Origin: Albugo candida
Lineage: Eukaryota
Assembly (NCBI GenBank): GCA_040437565.1
Contig: JBDOQK010000011.1
Coordinates: forward strand, 62,001 to 126,000
Direction: 5' to 3'
DNA length: 64,000 nt
Below the pieces are notes generated by a model, which worked only from the letters and a program-made list of their open reading frames with translations, did not search any database and was not told the origin of the DNA. The position numbers were made by a program, and so were the translations under genes. Positions within the stretch are counted from its first letter, which is position 1. Every line of letters begins with the position of its first letter. Of this stretch, positions 61,788 through 64,000 are shown piece by piece.

Positions 61788-64000
61788 ATGAAAACATACA
61801 CTTTGCACTTGGATTCTCGGGCTGTGTTGGGGACTATAATTAGCAGCAAAATGGAGCCCCGCTCTTCAAATGCGCGGATCCCACAATTGCATCTCGCTAA
61901 TGCCGTTGGTCGAAGTGTACCCTCTTCGATCATCGCGGAGCCTCAAAACGTTACGGTGACATACTTGGAATCCTTGCAACTTTCTAAAAAAGATTCGGCA
62001 CGGAAAAAATTGCGTTCTTTTGATGAAGCGACCGATTCGATTCGACTAGACTTCCTTCCACTGCATGCTTGCCTCGATACTGCTGATGAAAAGGGTGAGT
62101 TGACACGCTCACTTATGCAGCAATGGTCTGTTGATGCAGTTGAAAACGACTTTGCATCGACTCCTCTGTATTGCCAAGTGAAGCTCCAAGAAGCTAGACA
62201 AATGACCGAGCGACTCGCTCATCCAAATCGCTTTTTGATCACAATTTGCTTTCAATTATGGGACAAATGGATGCATATGGCTGCAGAAGAAAGGCCGAGC
62301 ATGTCACTCACTTTCTTGCACCAATTGCGGTCAGAGCTCTTGGAAGCTGTGTTTATCCCATCATCCGCTGCGGAACATGTTCCATTCCATCAGCGCATTC
62401 CGTACTTTGTTGAATATCGCCGAATATGTCGTCATTCTCATCTTCTACTCCGAGATATCGAGCGCCGTGAACAACAGATCCTGACAAAGCAAAAGCTCCC
62501 ATTTCTTGTCCAGCGAGTTTTTGCTTCCAAAGAGAGCCGGCAAATACAAACAGAATTACGTTTTGTGTTTCGAAGCTGGATGCAAACGATCAAAAAGGAG
62601 AAAGAATGCAATTTTGTGAGCCTTTGAATGCATTGATCCTTTCTCCATACCTGTGACTTACTGCTGTTCCAGTTAAAAGATCGACTGATTCGTGCTTCTC
62701 AAGGGAGAAGCCCTCGTGAGATTTTCCTTGCATGGCGAGTCGAGACTATGCATCAAACGCATCAGGTGGGATTTATTTGGGTGGCTAGATAGTCGTCTAA
62801 CAAATCGATGGCTAGCAATTCATTGCAGACCAACAGGCTTCGGGTATGAGGCATCATGCGATGCGAAGTCGGAAAGAAGCACAAATCTCAGAGCAACAAG
62901 CCACAATAGCTTCTATGACAAAATTTATTGAAAGCTTGAACGAGACCAATGATCAGCTCAAACGGCAGATACAGCAGAGCGAATCGATGTCCCATTTGCC
63001 TCGGGTCGAATACAATCTTGATTATCTGCAACCTTTTCGAAAACAAACTGTGGAGGTTGGGAATACTGATCAGCAAGAGATATTTGTTTGCACCCCACAA
63101 AAGGATCTGGTCGAGGAAGCAGACGATAACAACCTGCTTCGTATCAATCGCATGCTGACGGAGATGCTGTTTGCAATGGCTAGGACCGTGGAGTCTTGTG
63201 CGATCCAAATGACCAAGGATACGATCGAATCATTAGAAGCACAATATGATGGAAGCGCATTGCAGGATCTAGCGGAAGCTGTACGCAAACTCGTTTCTTG
63301 ACTCAAGTCGAGTGTTATGGATAAGTTTTCGTTGTAGGTGCACATGCGCAGGACCGAGCAGCAATTGCACGAGTCCACACGACGTAAAAGTATCGAAATG
63401 GATAAGCAAGTCTCCATTCGAAAGCTCGCCCATTTGCCTGTTGATGAGATCCTTTTGGACTGGTTTCAACTGCATCTTACTGCTTCTTCATTCACTGAGA
63501 AAGTGAGTGATAGCGTAATTCAAAATTTTACTTCGGATCTGTGCGATGGACGTCGATACTCACTGCTACTGCATCAGCTCTTTCCGACTTGGTTTGACGT
63601 AAAGGTACGCTTGAACTTTCTTCTTTCGTAACTATTCTCAAGTTAGGAGCTCGTAGATGGTGCAGGAATTCGATAGTGACGAACGATTAAAGCACATTAC
63701 TCAATTCCAGTCTAGAATCCAGCCTCCGTTGCCTCAGATCGTGACATGTGACAGTATTCAAGGTGCAAAATTGACGGAAAATGTTGCATTTGTAGGAATT
63801 TTATTCGGTGTTTCCATGTTAGTGCCATGTTTTTGCTTGTTTGAGCTGTTGGTAACTGAGATATGAACCAGGGCTTCATCGCGATTGCTCAATCTGGACA
63901 AGCAACGCTCGCTTTTCTTGGATATCGTAGGCTCCTGGCAGCGGGTAAGAAGACTCATGCTGGATATGAAGAAAGCGAACTTGGGATCGGATTCGTTGAC
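61788..64000 (+). CDS. Large multi-exon protein with coiled coil and calponin-homology domain (3' truncated by the window)
   Basis: Consecutive same-strand ORFs separated by GT-AG introns; CH motif EILLDWFQLHL...IQNFTSDLCDGRRYSLLLHQLFP. Confidence 0.7.

Noticed and set aside
27225..63958. Many short antisense or overlapping ORFs in the six-frame track
   Set aside because: They are shadows of the long conserved genes, with no independent motifs.

Overview
Eukaryotic genomic scaffold, almost certainly an oomycete. This is inferred from eEF3, a flagellar radial-spoke-like gene, short GT-AG introns, AT-leaning composition and oomycete-type transposons; an Albugo-like white rust is plausible but unproven. 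The window has two sharply different halves. Bases 1 to ~25.5 kb are a graveyard of degenerate, nested transposons: an L1/Tx1-type LINE interrupted by a chromodomain Gypsy element that is itself interrupted by a hAT element, then a Tc1/Tc3 relic, three Mutator-like elements, a tRNA-like relic and a full-length Copia inserted into a Mutator terminal repeat. Bases ~26.7-64 kb are compact and gene-dense: SPT16, TMEM184/OSTA, a 5xPDZ protein, a TRAPP-like protein, a Cramped/TKI1-like protein, two RING-H2 ligases, an OCA6-like phosphatase, eEF3, strumpellin/WASHC5, a frameshifted secreted HAD-like protein, a SAPS-like protein, an RSPH14-like protein, a Cys-rich membrane protein and a partial CH-domain gene. 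Most of the 100-N gaps are flanked by duplicated sequence, which are assembly overlaps rather than real repeats. The leads most worth following are (i) a hairpin/pseudoknot-rich leader with an in-frame double stop ahead of LINE ORF1, (ii) a secreted HAD homologue with degenerate catalytic motifs and an A9 frameshift, (iii) a tRNA-derived SINE-like head, and (iv) foreign DNA captured inside the Copia integrase. All calls rest on motif recognition by eye; no searches were run.
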